DNA from: a virus
Direction: 5' to 3' (one strand)
DNA: 64,000 nt
Virus record (IMG/VR): IMGVR_UViG_3300044609_000988
Coordinates: 1-64,000 of that record
The notes under the pieces were generated by a model, which was not told the origin of the DNA, did no database searches, and worked only from the letters and a program-made list of their open reading frames with translations. The number at the start of each line of letters is the position of its first letter. Position 1 is the stretch's first letter. This document shows positions 55,024 to 64,000 of the stretch, one piece after another. Position numbers and translations under genes: made by a program.

Positions 55024-55947
55024 ATGGCAGCCAATTCAAAATTAACATCCAACAACATTAATATCACCAAGGGATTAATTTTACCTGTATATGACGTAGA
55101 TCCTGGTGATGGCAATGCGGGAGAGATTGCTTATGTTAATGGACAATTAAAATATTATGTCGGTGGAAAATGGACATTCATAACAGAAGGCAAAGATGGG
55201 TCTACTGCTGATAGAGCAGCTGAGTCAGCATCGGCAATTCTCGCAATAAATCCCTCTGCTTCTGATGGCGTTTATTGGATTAATTTACCTACGGCTGGAC
55301 CAACACAAGTCTATTGTATTATGAATAATTCATATAATGGAGGTGGATGGATGATGGCAATGAAAGCAACTAGAGGAACAACTTTCAATTTCAACGCAAA
55401 TTATTGGACAACAACAAATACATTAAATCCAACTCAAACAAATATTAATGATGGGGATGCAAAATTTGAAACCTTCAACAGATTTGAAGCAAAAGATATT
55501 TTAGCAGTTTGGCCAGATTTAACAGCAAACTCAGGTTGTTTTAATGTTTCTAGGGGGCATATTTGGTTGGAAAATAGTTTTTGGCAGGGAGGAACTAAAA
55601 TTACTTTAACAAATCTGTTTAATACAGCTAATGAATATTTTATTCGGGATGCTAATAATTTCTGTGGCATCAACCAATTTTCTCGCCAAACTGATGTTAG
55701 ATTTTATGGATTTAATTATTCAAATGATCAAAATTTAGCTAGGACTAGGTGGGGATTTGGTTGGAATGAAAATGGAGGTGGCCTTTGGCCGAATGGAAAT
55801 CAAGGAAGTGATGATGTATCGGGTGGTATTGGTATGACAGGAACTCAACAAGGACAGGTCAATTATTCTGCTGGAGATTTTATTGGTTGCTGTCAAAGTG
55901 TCACGGGATTTAATAGATCAGCAAGAGTAGAGATTTATGTCAGATAA
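55024..55947 (+). CDS. fibre-tip/adhesin, fibrinogen/intelectin-like
   Basis: Shared N-module then DGVYWI......QVYC.M....GGGWM. Confidence 0.7.
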   Translation: MAANSKLTSNNINITKGLILPVYDVDPGDGNAGEIAYVNGQLKYYVGGKWTFITEGKDGSTADRAAESASAILAINPSASDGVYWINLPTAGPTQVYCIMNNSYNGGGWMMAMKATRGTTFNFNANYWTTTNTLNPTQTNINDGDAKFETFNRFEAKDILAVWPDLTANSGCFNVSRGHIWLENSFWQGGTKITLTNLFNTANEYFIRDANNFCGINQFSRQTDVRFYGFNYSNDQNLARTRWGFGWNENGGGLWPNGNQGSDDVSGGIGMTGTQQGQVNYSAGDFIGCCQSVTGFNRSARVEIYVR

Positions 55948-56002
55948 TATGAATCTTTCAAATTACAAAATATCGTTGATTAATTAAAAATTAATAATTT
56001 TA

Positions 56003-56848
56003 ATGGATAATTCAAAATTAACATCTAACAACATTAATATCACCAAGGGATTAATTTTACCTGTGTATGACGTAGATCCTGGTGACGGTACTATGGGGGA
56101 AATTGTTTATGTCAATGGACAATTAAAATATTATGTGGGTGGAAAATGGACATTCATAACTGATGGAAAAATAGGAACATCAGCTAGTTCACCTGCATTA
56201 AACGCAGCTCAAATTAGAGCTGCTGGGATAAGTGCTGATGGTGATTACTGGTATCAACCAACAGGGGCATCGTCACCGATTCAGTTGTATACAAATTTTT
56301 CAAATGCTCCAGCAGGAAAAGGTTATGTTCTCGTTGCTAGAGGAAGAGAATCTACTGATTGGTGGAATACTAACGGACAAAATACTTCCGCTTTAACATC
56401 ATCTTCATTAGATACAAATACACCAATTGCTGTTCTTCCAAACACATTTGTGAATGGTTTAATTAATAATCAGTGGAATGGAATGAGATTCATAACAAAT
56501 AGAAGAAATGGAGCAGATTCTTGGTTATTTGTTGGAACCCAAAGCACTACTTTTAGTTGGACTTATTTTCAGCAATCTGGATCTAGCGTTTCAGCTACTG
56601 CTCAACAATTTAATGGAGTATTTTTATCTGGTGGAGCACGAATAACATATGGATCTGGAATATATTGGACAGATACTTTAAATTATGGAAATGGTAATAA
56701 CTGCGATAGAACATTTACTTGGTCATGGGGAGGTCATGGATCTTGGCAAGGGTGGTCTGGTGGATCTTCATGTACTCCAACTGGATCTTTCCAACTTGGA
56801 GGTGAAGGTCACGCACTTCAATTAGTAAATTGCTACGTAGAGTGCTAA
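56003..56848 (+). CDS. fibre-tip/adhesin, divergent fibrinogen-like
   Basis: Shared N-module then DGDYW..P.......LY......GYVLVAR. Confidence 0.65.
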   Translation: MDNSKLTSNNINITKGLILPVYDVDPGDGTMGEIVYVNGQLKYYVGGKWTFITDGKIGTSASSPALNAAQIRAAGISADGDYWYQPTGASSPIQLYTNFSNAPAGKGYVLVARGRESTDWWNTNGQNTSALTSSSLDTNTPIAVLPNTFVNGLINNQWNGMRFITNRRNGADSWLFVGTQSTTFSWTYFQQSGSSVSATAQQFNGVFLSGGARITYGSGIYWTDTLNYGNGNNCDRTFTWSWGGHGSWQGWSGGSSCTPTGSFQLGGEGHALQLVNCYVEC

Positions 56849-56901
56849 ATTATAATTATAATTATAATTAATAAATATTTTAACGGAATAGAGTGTCATT
56901 T

Positions 56902-57957
56902 ATGTCTACATTAAATGTCGGTATTTTAAATGCCAGTAACAGAATAAAACTTCCTATACTCACAACTACCCAAAGAAATTCTTTGGCGCTTGAAGTGGGA
57001 TTGATGATTTTTAATTCTACTGCCAGTGAAGTTCAATTTTATAATGGAACTGAGTGGATAAATCCAGGCAAAGGTAAACTTAGTGCTACTGGAGGAGTTA
57101 TTACTACAGCTGGATTATATAAAGTTCACACATTTACAGGTAATGGGTCTTTTGTACTTACGGGAAGTGGGTTGGTAGAATATTTAATCGTTGCTGGTGG
57201 TGGCGGCGGCGGTTCTGATATGGGTGGCGGCGGTGGAGCTGGTGGAGTAATTATTGGTTCTACAACTTTATCATCTGGAACATATCCAATAACAGTTGGT
57301 GGAGGAGGCAGTGGTGCTCCTGCAGGAGTAGGACAAGTTAGAGGAACTAACGGAAATCCCTCAACTTTTAATAATTTAACAGCTATTGGTGGTGGTGGCG
57401 GTGCTAGTTGCCATGATAGATCAACAAGCCCAGCAGGAAATGGTGGATCAGGAGGAGGAGCATCTGGCGGAGGAACTCTTCCTAGTGGAGGATCTGGAGG
57501 TGGTGGATACGGGGGAGGAATTAGAGGATTAGGAACTCCTGGTCAAGGAAATGATGGAGGGTCAGGAATATATGCTTGGTATCCTGGCGGCGGTGGTGGT
57601 GCTGGAGCTGCTGGAACAAACAACCCAGCAACTGGTGGCGTTGGAGTGCAAAGTTCTATTCTAGGTGTTTCTTACTTCTGGGGCGGCGGCGGCGGCGGAT
57701 CTGGATATTCTGCAGGCGGAGGAAATGGTGGTAATGGTGGCGGCGGCGGTGGAGCCGTAAACGTTACTTCTGGCGGTTCTGGATTAAATAATGGATCCCC
57801 TGGTGGTGGAGGAAGTCCAAATTCACAAACCAATAGGCCTGGAGGTAATGGTGGCGCCAACACTGGTGGCGGCGGTGGTGGTGGTAGTCACTACAGTGCT
57901 AATAATTTTGGCGGTACTGGTGGTTCTGGAATAGTTGTAGTAAGATACTTAGCATAA
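56902..57957 (+). CDS. glycine-rich tail adhesin-like protein
   Basis: LP..TT.QR..L..G..IFN module, ATGG...HTF...EYL.VAGGGGG...GGSGIVVVRY; late promoter ATAAATA about 56871. Confidence 0.8.
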   Translation: MSTLNVGILNASNRIKLPILTTTQRNSLALEVGLMIFNSTASEVQFYNGTEWINPGKGKLSATGGVITTAGLYKVHTFTGNGSFVLTGSGLVEYLIVAGGGGGGSDMGGGGGAGGVIIGSTTLSSGTYPITVGGGGSGAPAGVGQVRGTNGNPSTFNNLTAIGGGGGASCHDRSTSPAGNGGSGGGASGGGTLPSGGSGGGGYGGGIRGLGTPGQGNDGGSGIYAWYPGGGGGAGAAGTNNPATGGVGVQSSILGVSYFWGGGGGGSGYSAGGGNGGNGGGGGGAVNVTSGGSGLNNGSPGGGGSPNSQTNRPGGNGGANTGGGGGGGSHYSANNFGGTGGSGIVVVRYLA

Positions 57958-57996
57958 ATAATTATTAATGCAATACGATAATTTTGAGGATATTTC

Positions 57997-59079
57997 ATGT
58001 CTAGATTAAACGTAGGTATTATAGAAGCTGTATCTAAATTTAAAATCCCTACTTTTACTAAAGCACAAAGAGATGCTATGGTGCCAGAAACTGGCATGAT
58101 GATATATAATTCAACTGATCAAATACTTGAAATTTATTTCGGAAAATGGGTAGGTGCTGGAGAAAAAGTATCAGCTTCAGGATCTTCATTCACTGCAACT
58201 GGAGGTACTGTAACAACAGCTGGAGGATATAAAATACATACTTTTTTGGCAAATGATACTTTTGCTATATCTACAGGTACAACTTCAATTGAATATTTAA
58301 TCGTTGCTGGTGGCGGTGGCGGTGGTATGGATATGGGTGGTGGCGGTGGAGCTGGCGGAGTAATTATTGGCTCCACTTCTTTAGGTCCTGGTTCATATCC
58401 AGTAACAGTGGGTGCGGGAGGAAATGGTGCTCCAGCTGCTAGCACAAACGGACAACCAGGCGGTCACCAATATACTATTTCAGCTACCAATGGAATTAAT
58501 TCAACTTTTAACAATTTAACCGCTGTTGGTGGTGGATTTGGTGGTAGTTCTTATTATGGATATCTCCCAAATTATGGCAACGGCAACACTGGTGGTTCTG
58601 GTGGAGGAAATTCTGGCTACAGTGATGGTAATATACGTGGTCCCAAAGCAGGAACTCTTGGTCAAGGAAATAATGGAGGGCAAGGCGGAGGACAATATTA
58701 TTCTGGCGGTGGTGGTGGTGCTGGCGCTGCTGGATCTAATTCCCCAAGCCAAGCAAACGGTGGTATTGGAGTACAAAGTTCAATAACTGGCGTTAGTTAT
58801 TATTGGGGCGGCGGTGGCGGAGGAGCCGCTTATTCTTTAGGATCTGGTGGATCTGGTGGAAATGGTGGTGGCGGTGGTGGCGCTGGCAATAGTCCTGGAA
58901 TAGGTGGGGCTGGATTAAATTCTGGATCTAACGGTGGGCCATCAAATAGTAACCAACCAGGGGGAAATGCTGGCACAAACACTGGTGGCGGTGGTGGTGG
59001 CAGCGCTCATTACAACTCCAACAATAAAGGTGGTAATGGTGGTTCTGGAATAGTTGTAATTAGATACTTATCTACATAA
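57997..59079 (+). CDS. glycine-rich tail adhesin-like protein (paralogue of preceding gene)
   Basis: Same architecture; late promoter ATAAATA 57954. Confidence 0.8.
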   Translation: MSRLNVGIIEAVSKFKIPTFTKAQRDAMVPETGMMIYNSTDQILEIYFGKWVGAGEKVSASGSSFTATGGTVTTAGGYKIHTFLANDTFAISTGTTSIEYLIVAGGGGGGMDMGGGGGAGGVIIGSTSLGPGSYPVTVGAGGNGAPAASTNGQPGGHQYTISATNGINSTFNNLTAVGGGFGGSSYYGYLPNYGNGNTGGSGGGNSGYSDGNIRGPKAGTLGQGNNGGQGGGQYYSGGGGGAGAAGSNSPSQANGGIGVQSSITGVSYYWGGGGGGAAYSLGSGGSGGNGGGGGGAGNSPGIGGAGLNSGSNGGPSNSNQPGGNAGTNTGGGGGGSAHYNSNNKGGNGGSGIVVIRYLST

Positions 59080-59097
59080 TATAAAGGAGAATTAAAA

Positions 59098-59487
59098 ATG
59101 GCACATTTTGCTCAATTAGATGAAAATAACACAGTAACACAAGTAGTTGTAGTTTCTGATGTTGATACTTGTAATGAAGAAGGTTTTGAAGTAGAAGAAA
59201 TTGGACAACAATTTTTAAAAAATATGTATGGACAAGATACTAGGTGGGTGAAAACTTCATACAACGGAACTATAAGAAAAAATTATGCTGGAGTTGGTTA
59301 TACTTATAATGAAAAATTAGATGCTTTTATTCCACCAAAACCATACGAATCTTGGATATTTGACGAAAATTTATTTTATTATGTCGCTCCAGTTCCAAGA
59401 CCAGAAAAAGAAGGCAAAGTCTATTTTTGGGATGAAGAAACTCAAAAATGGAATGAACAAGATTTTATTTCACCATTAAATAATTGA
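59098..59487 (+). CDS. conserved tail-associated protein (MAHFA...W..TSYN...RKNYAG.GY.Y....DAFI.PKP..SW)
   Basis: Family commonly adjacent to glycine-rich fibre genes; AAGGAG SD. Confidence 0.8.
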   Translation: MAHFAQLDENNTVTQVVVVSDVDTCNEEGFEVEEIGQQFLKNMYGQDTRWVKTSYNGTIRKNYAGVGYTYNEKLDAFIPPKPYESWIFDENLFYYVAPVPRPEKEGKVYFWDEETQKWNEQDFISPLNN

Positions 59488-59496
59488 TTTAGTATT

Positions 59497-59694
59497 ATGA
59501 AAAAAACATATGTATTGGTAGGTGTTAATACTGCCATTTCTTTACTAAGACCAGGAGCACAATTTTGTCTATCAAACACAAATTTTATTGAGTGGAATGA
59601 TCCAAGACCAGCTCCATCTTGGGACGAAATAATGGAAACTGTATCAAAAATTAAAGAATTTGAAGATACAATACAATCCATAGAATTAGAATAA
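59497..59694 (+). CDS. small tail-associated protein (XkdW-like)
   Basis: AI..LRPGA.F......I.W.D.RP.PS..EI pattern. Confidence 0.6.
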   Translation: MKKTYVLVGVNTAISLLRPGAQFCLSNTNFIEWNDPRPAPSWDEIMETVSKIKEFEDTIQSIELE

Positions 59695-59726
59695 ATAATA
59701 CAGTCACATCATTTTACATTACGATT

Positions 59727-59909
59727 ATGGACACTGAACAACTCAAAAAGAACTTCGAAGAGCAACTTGCTACTGCCGAAAAGCAGATTATTGATCTCGA
59801 AGCAAATCTAGAAAAAGCAAAAGAGTATCGCCTTAAACTTCAAGGTGGTCTCGAAACTCTAGCTCTTCTTAATCCTCCAGAAGAAGCAGAAGAAGCTTCA
59901 GCAGAATAA
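59727..59909 (+). CDS. small coiled-coil protein
   Basis: 60 aa, heptads, KLQG.LE.L motif; late promoter ATAAATA 59691. Confidence 0.8.
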   Translation: MDTEQLKKNFEEQLATAEKQIIDLEANLEKAKEYRLKLQGGLETLALLNPPEEAEEASAE

Positions 59910-59916
59910 CCTCAAG

Positions 59917-59949
59917 TCCCTTCTTGATAAATACAAGAAGGGATTTTTT
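59917..59949 (+). terminator. terminator whose loop is a late promoter
   Basis: TCCCTTCTTG-ATAAATA-CAAGAAGGGA-TTTTTT. Confidence 0.85.
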
Positions 59950-59961
59950 GTATCTAATTAA

Positions 59962-60792
59962 ATGGCACAGCCATCATCAAGACAGGAATTGATTGACTAC
60001 TGTAAGAGACAGTTGGGTGCTCCTGTGCTGCAAATCAATATTGCAGATTCTCAGGTTGATGATATCATCGATACTGCTATACAGTATTATCAAGAATATC
60101 ATTATGATGGCATTGAAAAGATGTATCTAAAGCATGAATTTACTGAAGAAGATGTACTAAGATTTACCGAGACAGATGAGATTACTTCTACAGATGATCC
60201 AGACGGATCTGTATGGAAAAATAGAAAAAATTTCATAGAAGTTCCTGATCATGTAATTGGTATTGAAAAAGTATTTGGAGTTACTTCCAATCTTTCTTCG
60301 AATGAAATGTGGGGATTGAGTAACCAGTATTTCCTACTTGATATTTTTTCTTTCTCATCTGGTTATACTTTTGGCAACTTTGATATGTCATATTACTATA
60401 TGATCAAGCAGTATTTTGAAACTCTTGACATGGTAGTTAACGTTGGTGGATTAGTACAATACCGTTTCAACAAACGTCAAGATAGATTATACCTTGATAT
60501 TGACAGAACAAGAATTAAGGAAGGTAGATATTTAGTTATTGAATGCTACAGAGCATTAAACCCAGCAGAATGGAATCAAATCTGGAATGATAGTTTTATC
60601 AAACGTTATGTCACTGCTTTGATGAAACGCCAGTGGGGAATGAATTTAATTAAATATAACAATGTTCAGTTGCCTGGTGGCATTACATTAAATGGTCGTC
60701 AAATCTGGGAGGATGGCGATGCTGAAGTCAAAGATCTGGAATCAAGAATATTTACAGATTACTCCCTACCTCCAATGGATATGATCGGATAA
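59962..60792 (+). CDS. gp13: neck protein gp13
   Basis: P.SR.ELIDYC.R.LGAPVLQIN...Q.DD.ID.A.Q; K.Y.TAL.KRQWG.NL.KY...LPGG.TLNG. Confidence 0.95.
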   Translation: MAQPSSRQELIDYCKRQLGAPVLQINIADSQVDDIIDTAIQYYQEYHYDGIEKMYLKHEFTEEDVLRFTETDEITSTDDPDGSVWKNRKNFIEVPDHVIGIEKVFGVTSNLSSNEMWGLSNQYFLLDIFSFSSGYTFGNFDMSYYYMIKQYFETLDMVVNVGGLVQYRFNKRQDRLYLDIDRTRIKEGRYLVIECYRALNPAEWNQIWNDSFIKRYVTALMKRQWGMNLIKYNNVQLPGGITLNGRQIWEDGDAEVKDLESRIFTDYSLPPMDMIG

Positions 60793-60793
60793 G

Positions 60794-61666
60794 ATGCCTA
60801 CCAGTCCTTATTTTCCAAGCTACTACGATGGTTATCAAGGTGAACAAGACCTAGTTCAGGATCTTGTTGACGAGCAGATTAAGCTGTTCGGTTCTGATAT
60901 CTATTATCTACCAAGAACTCTTCTTAAAGATAATACTTTAGATGATTTAATTTACTCTAAATTTGAAGAGCAATTTCAAATTGAAATGCTATTGCAAAAT
61001 GTGAGTGGATTTGGTGAGTCAGAATTTATTAGTAAATTTGGTCTTAAGATAACACAAGAAATTAGATTTAATGTTTCTTCTCGGAGATGGAGACAAGAAG
61101 GTACTGCATTTGGTTTGGATGCCAGACCTTTGGAAGGAGATCTATTATTCTTTCCATTGACCAAAGACTTGTATGAAATTAAATTTGTGCAAGTAGAGGA
61201 AGTATTTTTCCAGTTTGGTCAATTGCCATTCTATTCTATTACTGCAGAAATTTATGAGATGGGCAATGAATCTATCGATACTGGAGTTGCTGATATTGAT
61301 CTAATCGAAAGCATTCTATCTCCAGCTATTGACATTGTTATGCTGGAAGATAGTGGTACAGAAAATTATATTGTTGGGGAAATTGTAACTGGATCTGTAT
61401 CCGACGTTACTGCAAAAGTTTCAAAATGGAATTCCCAAACAAGAACACTTACTGTTATTACTAGGACAGGAACGTTTGTTGAAGAAGAAAATATTGTTGG
61501 GGAAGATAGTGATGCTTCGTGGACAGTAGAATCATTCTCTACATTAGAGGACCCAAATAACAATTACGAAGAAAATAAATATATTGAAGACACTGCCGAT
61601 GATCTTTTAGATTTTTCTGAGGGTAATCCTTTCGGTGAGTATGGTAATTTTATGGATAGCTTCTAA
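60794..61666 (+). CDS. gp14: neck protein gp14
   Basis: EQ.L...LV.EQIK.FG....YLPR, SKFG, RP.EGDL..FP....L.EI.FV, DFSE.NPFG. Confidence 0.95.
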   Translation: MPTSPYFPSYYDGYQGEQDLVQDLVDEQIKLFGSDIYYLPRTLLKDNTLDDLIYSKFEEQFQIEMLLQNVSGFGESEFISKFGLKITQEIRFNVSSRRWRQEGTAFGLDARPLEGDLLFFPLTKDLYEIKFVQVEEVFFQFGQLPFYSITAEIYEMGNESIDTGVADIDLIESILSPAIDIVMLEDSGTENYIVGEIVTGSVSDVTAKVSKWNSQTRTLTVITRTGTFVEEENIVGEDSDASWTVESFSTLEDPNNNYEENKYIEDTADDLLDFSEGNPFGEYGNFMDSF

Positions 61667-62478
61667 TGTTAGGTACACATTTTTATAACGAGGCAATTAA
61701 AAAAACAGTTGTCGGATTCGGAACTCTTTTCAATAATTTAGAAGTTCAGCGTAAAGATCCCCAGACAGGGGAGATGCTTGAAGTTCAAAAGGTTCCTATT
61801 GGATATGGTCCAAAGGATAAGTTTGTTCGTAGAATTGAGGAGAACCCCGATCCTACTCCAGGTGCTCCTTATGAGTATATGAGGATTCCTCGTATCTATT
61901 TTGAAATGACTGGTATTAATTATGATGGCGGACGTAAAGTAAGTCCTATACAAAAATACAAAAATATTATTTCTGATAATGGAAACGAGGTGAGAGTTCA
62001 GTATGTTCCAGTACCTTATAACATTAGCTTTGAGCTTGGCGTTTTAGCAAAGTCACAAGATGATGGACTACAGATTGTAGAACAGATTTTACCATACTTC
62101 CAACCAAATTTCAACGTCACTATCAATTTTATTCCCGAGATGGATGAAAAGAAAGATGTTGCTATTGTATTGAATAGTGTTGATCTAGATGATTCGTGGG
62201 ATGGTGATTTTAAAAGTAGGAGACAAATTATTTGGACTTTTCAGTTCACTGCTAAGTCATATATTTACGGTCCCTTCAATCAGGCTGACATCATTCGTAA
62301 GGCAATTATTTACGAAACTGTTGGTGATCTTGATCAAAACAAACGTAATGCTAGATTTACCTACACACCAGAAGCACTTGAAGATAAAAATGATGATGGT
62401 GTTATCAATGCTTTAGATGATGCTTTATTAACAGCAGATGATGACTTTGGATTTAATGGAGAGATTGATCTACTATGA
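61666..62478 (+). CDS. gp15: tail sheath stabiliser/completion protein gp15
   Basis: FYNE.I...V..FGTLFN, KVP..YGP..KF, PVPYN..F.L......DD.LQIVEQILPYFQP. Confidence 0.95.
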   Translation: MLGTHFYNEAIKKTVVGFGTLFNNLEVQRKDPQTGEMLEVQKVPIGYGPKDKFVRRIEENPDPTPGAPYEYMRIPRIYFEMTGINYDGGRKVSPIQKYKNIISDNGNEVRVQYVPVPYNISFELGVLAKSQDDGLQIVEQILPYFQPNFNVTINFIPEMDEKKDVAIVLNSVDLDDSWDGDFKSRRQIIWTFQFTAKSYIYGPFNQADIIRKAIIYETVGDLDQNKRNARFTYTPEALEDKNDDGVINALDDALLTADDDFGFNGEIDLL

Positions 62479-62897
62479 ACGAATTTGAAAAGAATATGGA
62501 ACAAATATTTGACATTGAAGTTACATCAGAAGAAACAGAAATTATACAAGAAAAGCCAACTGCCCCAGTTAAAAAAGAAGATCCAGAAAAAGATTACGAA
62601 TATACCAGGGGTCAGCTCTACGACCTCATAGAGAAGGGCCAGGAGGCCGTACAAGGGGCCTTAGAGGTTGCTCAGGAGTCTGGGCACCCCCGAGCATTTG
62701 AAGTCGCTGTGAACGCTATGAAGCAGGTCTCAGACATGACTGATAAATTAATTGATCTTCAGAAGAAGATGAAGGATCTTGACGCTCCTATTAAAGGTAA
62801 AGGACCTACCACAGTTAACAACACAATGTTTGTTGGTAGCACCGCCGACCTGCAGAAAATGCTCAAGGATATGGGCAAAAACATGGCAGAAGAATAA
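62475..62897 (+). CDS. gp16: terminase small subunit gp16
   Basis: DYEY.R..L..LIEKG.EA....LEVA.ES.HPRAFEV; NN..FVGST.DLQK.L. Confidence 0.95.
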   Translation: MNEFEKNMEQIFDIEVTSEETEIIQEKPTAPVKKEDPEKDYEYTRGQLYDLIEKGQEAVQGALEVAQESGHPRAFEVAVNAMKQVSDMTDKLIDLQKKMKDLDAPIKGKGPTTVNNTMFVGSTADLQKMLKDMGKNMAEE

Positions 62898-62920
62898 ATA
62901 TCAAATAAAAGGAAAAAACA

Positions 62921-63190
62921 ATGAGAATTAAATTACTCGGAACTGTTGTAACTCTTTCAACTACTCCAAACGAAATCAGCACAACTGCTACTGATGTTTT
63001 ACTTGTTCACGATGCTGGTGGTAATGCTGGAAGAACTATCACCCTCTATGAAGCTGATGGAACTACAGTAGTTGGTTCCTTTTATTCCAATCCAGGAACA
63101 GAACTTGTGCTTCACAAAAAAGCAGGACAAAAATTAAAAGTAGATACTGGATCGGATGTTCGTGCTACACCAGTTGGTTATTTCTCGTAA
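62921..63190 (+). CDS. small beta-rich late protein
   Basis: 89 aa; ATAAATA overlaps the gp16 stop. Confidence 0.75.
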   Translation: MRIKLLGTVVTLSTTPNEISTTATDVLLVHDAGGNAGRTITLYEADGTTVVGSFYSNPGTELVLHKKAGQKLKVDTGSDVRATPVGYFS

Positions 63191-63669
63191 TGAAAAAAAG
63201 AGTTCCCACAGAAAGAGAGATAGCCAGAAAACATGGAGTCTCTGTCAAATATGTTATACGTCAAGCTGAAGTTGGTTCTACTGTAGAGCGTGAGCATGTT
63301 ACTGACCACAAAGCTGCCTATGAAATTGCTCTACAGCATTTAGATGAATTTCCAGATTACTACAAACATTTACTAGCAATGGAAAAGAAAATGAAAGCAG
63401 AATATAAAAAGAAAAAAACTTATAAAGAAATAAAAGAATCATTGGTGGCAGAAAACCACATTGATGTTGCCATGGGCAGAGAACTTGATGATGAAGGAGC
63501 AATGATCATGAATCAAATTGAAGAGATTAAACATTGTTGTGATCGTCTCAAAATGTCTATTAAGTCACCCACAATGCAGGTTCCTGGTTGGGTTCAATCC
63601 AAGGTAACTCTTGCTGCTGATTATATGGATTCTGTTGCGTCATACATGGACAACAAGCACGAAGGGTGA
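63190..63669 (+). CDS. late protein with DUF5661-like domain
   Basis: G..VE.EH......A.EIA..HL.E.PDYY motif; C-terminal WVQSK.T.A.DY motif. Confidence 0.7.
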   Translation: MKKRVPTEREIARKHGVSVKYVIRQAEVGSTVEREHVTDHKAAYEIALQHLDEFPDYYKHLLAMEKKMKAEYKKKKTYKEIKESLVAENHIDVAMGRELDDEGAMIMNQIEEIKHCCDRLKMSIKSPTMQVPGWVQSKVTLAADYMDSVASYMDNKHEG

Positions 63670-63756
63670 GCATTCCTTAACAAAACTTCGGTAACTATTG
63701 TAACACCATAAACATGGTATTCTAAATATAATATTGACCTTATACAGGTGAGAACT

Positions 63757-63993
63757 ATGAATACCAAAACATGCCCAAAGTGTGGTGCTCAATGGATTGA
63801 CAATCAGCACTTCTGGACTGGCACGAACAAGAAAGGTGACGAATCAGAACTTGCTTCTTTGGTTTGTGACAAGTTTGGTGATGCTACATGCATCAATCCC
63901 TGCAAAGGAACCACTGATGGAAAGGGTTGGGAAAATAGATTAAATAATATGGATGCTATTGATAAAGATATTGAGCGTAGTTTGAATGGCTGA
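63757..63993 (+). CDS. conserved Cys-rich cyanophage protein
   Basis: CPKCGA.W...QH.W.GT......LA.LVC.......CINPC.G. Confidence 0.8.
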   Translation: MNTKTCPKCGAQWIDNQHFWTGTNKKGDESELASLVCDKFGDATCINPCKGTTDGKGWENRLNNMDAIDKDIERSLNG

Positions 63994-64000
63994 TGACATT

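Larger units (their letters stand above)
53911..56170 (+). repeat. three 159-bp near-identical direct repeats encoding a shared N-terminal module
   Basis: 53911-54069, 55036-55194, 56012-56170; all encode SKLTSNNINI..GLILPVY..DPGDG..GEI.YVNGQLKYY..GKW.FIT.GK. Confidence 0.9.

Noticed and set aside
20285-58776. Many short minus-strand and alternate-frame ORFs inside structural genes
   Set aside because: Antisense shadows of long, well-supported + strand genes; no SD or motifs.
53896-59079. Diversity-generating retroelement or invertible shufflon
   Set aside because: Repeats are N-terminal, direct and not adenine-specific in their differences; no reverse transcriptase or invertase in the window.
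63691-63704. NtcA-like site GTA-N8-AAC
   Set aside because: Mismatched half-site in AT-rich DNA; the downstream gene has a late-promoter core instead.

Overview
64 kb from a T4-like cyanomyovirus (Kyanoviridae-type); essentially all credible genes are on the + strand. 1-15.45 kb is an early/accessory region of about 60 small, mostly unknown ORFs arranged in short cassettes. Each cassette is headed by a 22-bp palindrome (GTG[AC]CA[GC]T-N6-A[CG]TGGCAC) placed about 30 bp before a -10 box. The region also holds a thioredoxin-like protein, two KTSC-like proteins, a GP88-like Fe-S protein, two nuclease-like orphans and several AT-rich non-coding stretches rich in inverted repeats. 15.76-64 kb is the late structural block: PAAR-like spike tip, gp25, gp6, gp7, gp8, three very large virion/tail proteins, five modular fibre-tip/adhesin genes, gp13-gp15 and terminase small subunit gp16. 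The most notable observation is four nested phycobiliprotein-like modules inside the 3077-aa tail protein that keep both bilin-attachment cysteine equivalents. Also notable: the early palindromes appear to carry a mirror-image -10 box on the minus strand; there is a DnaA-box/triple-palindrome origin candidate near 10.0-10.35 kb; and GC-rich patches with about 10.5-11 bp phasing recur roughly every 15 kb. All family calls come from motif recognition by eye; no searches were run.
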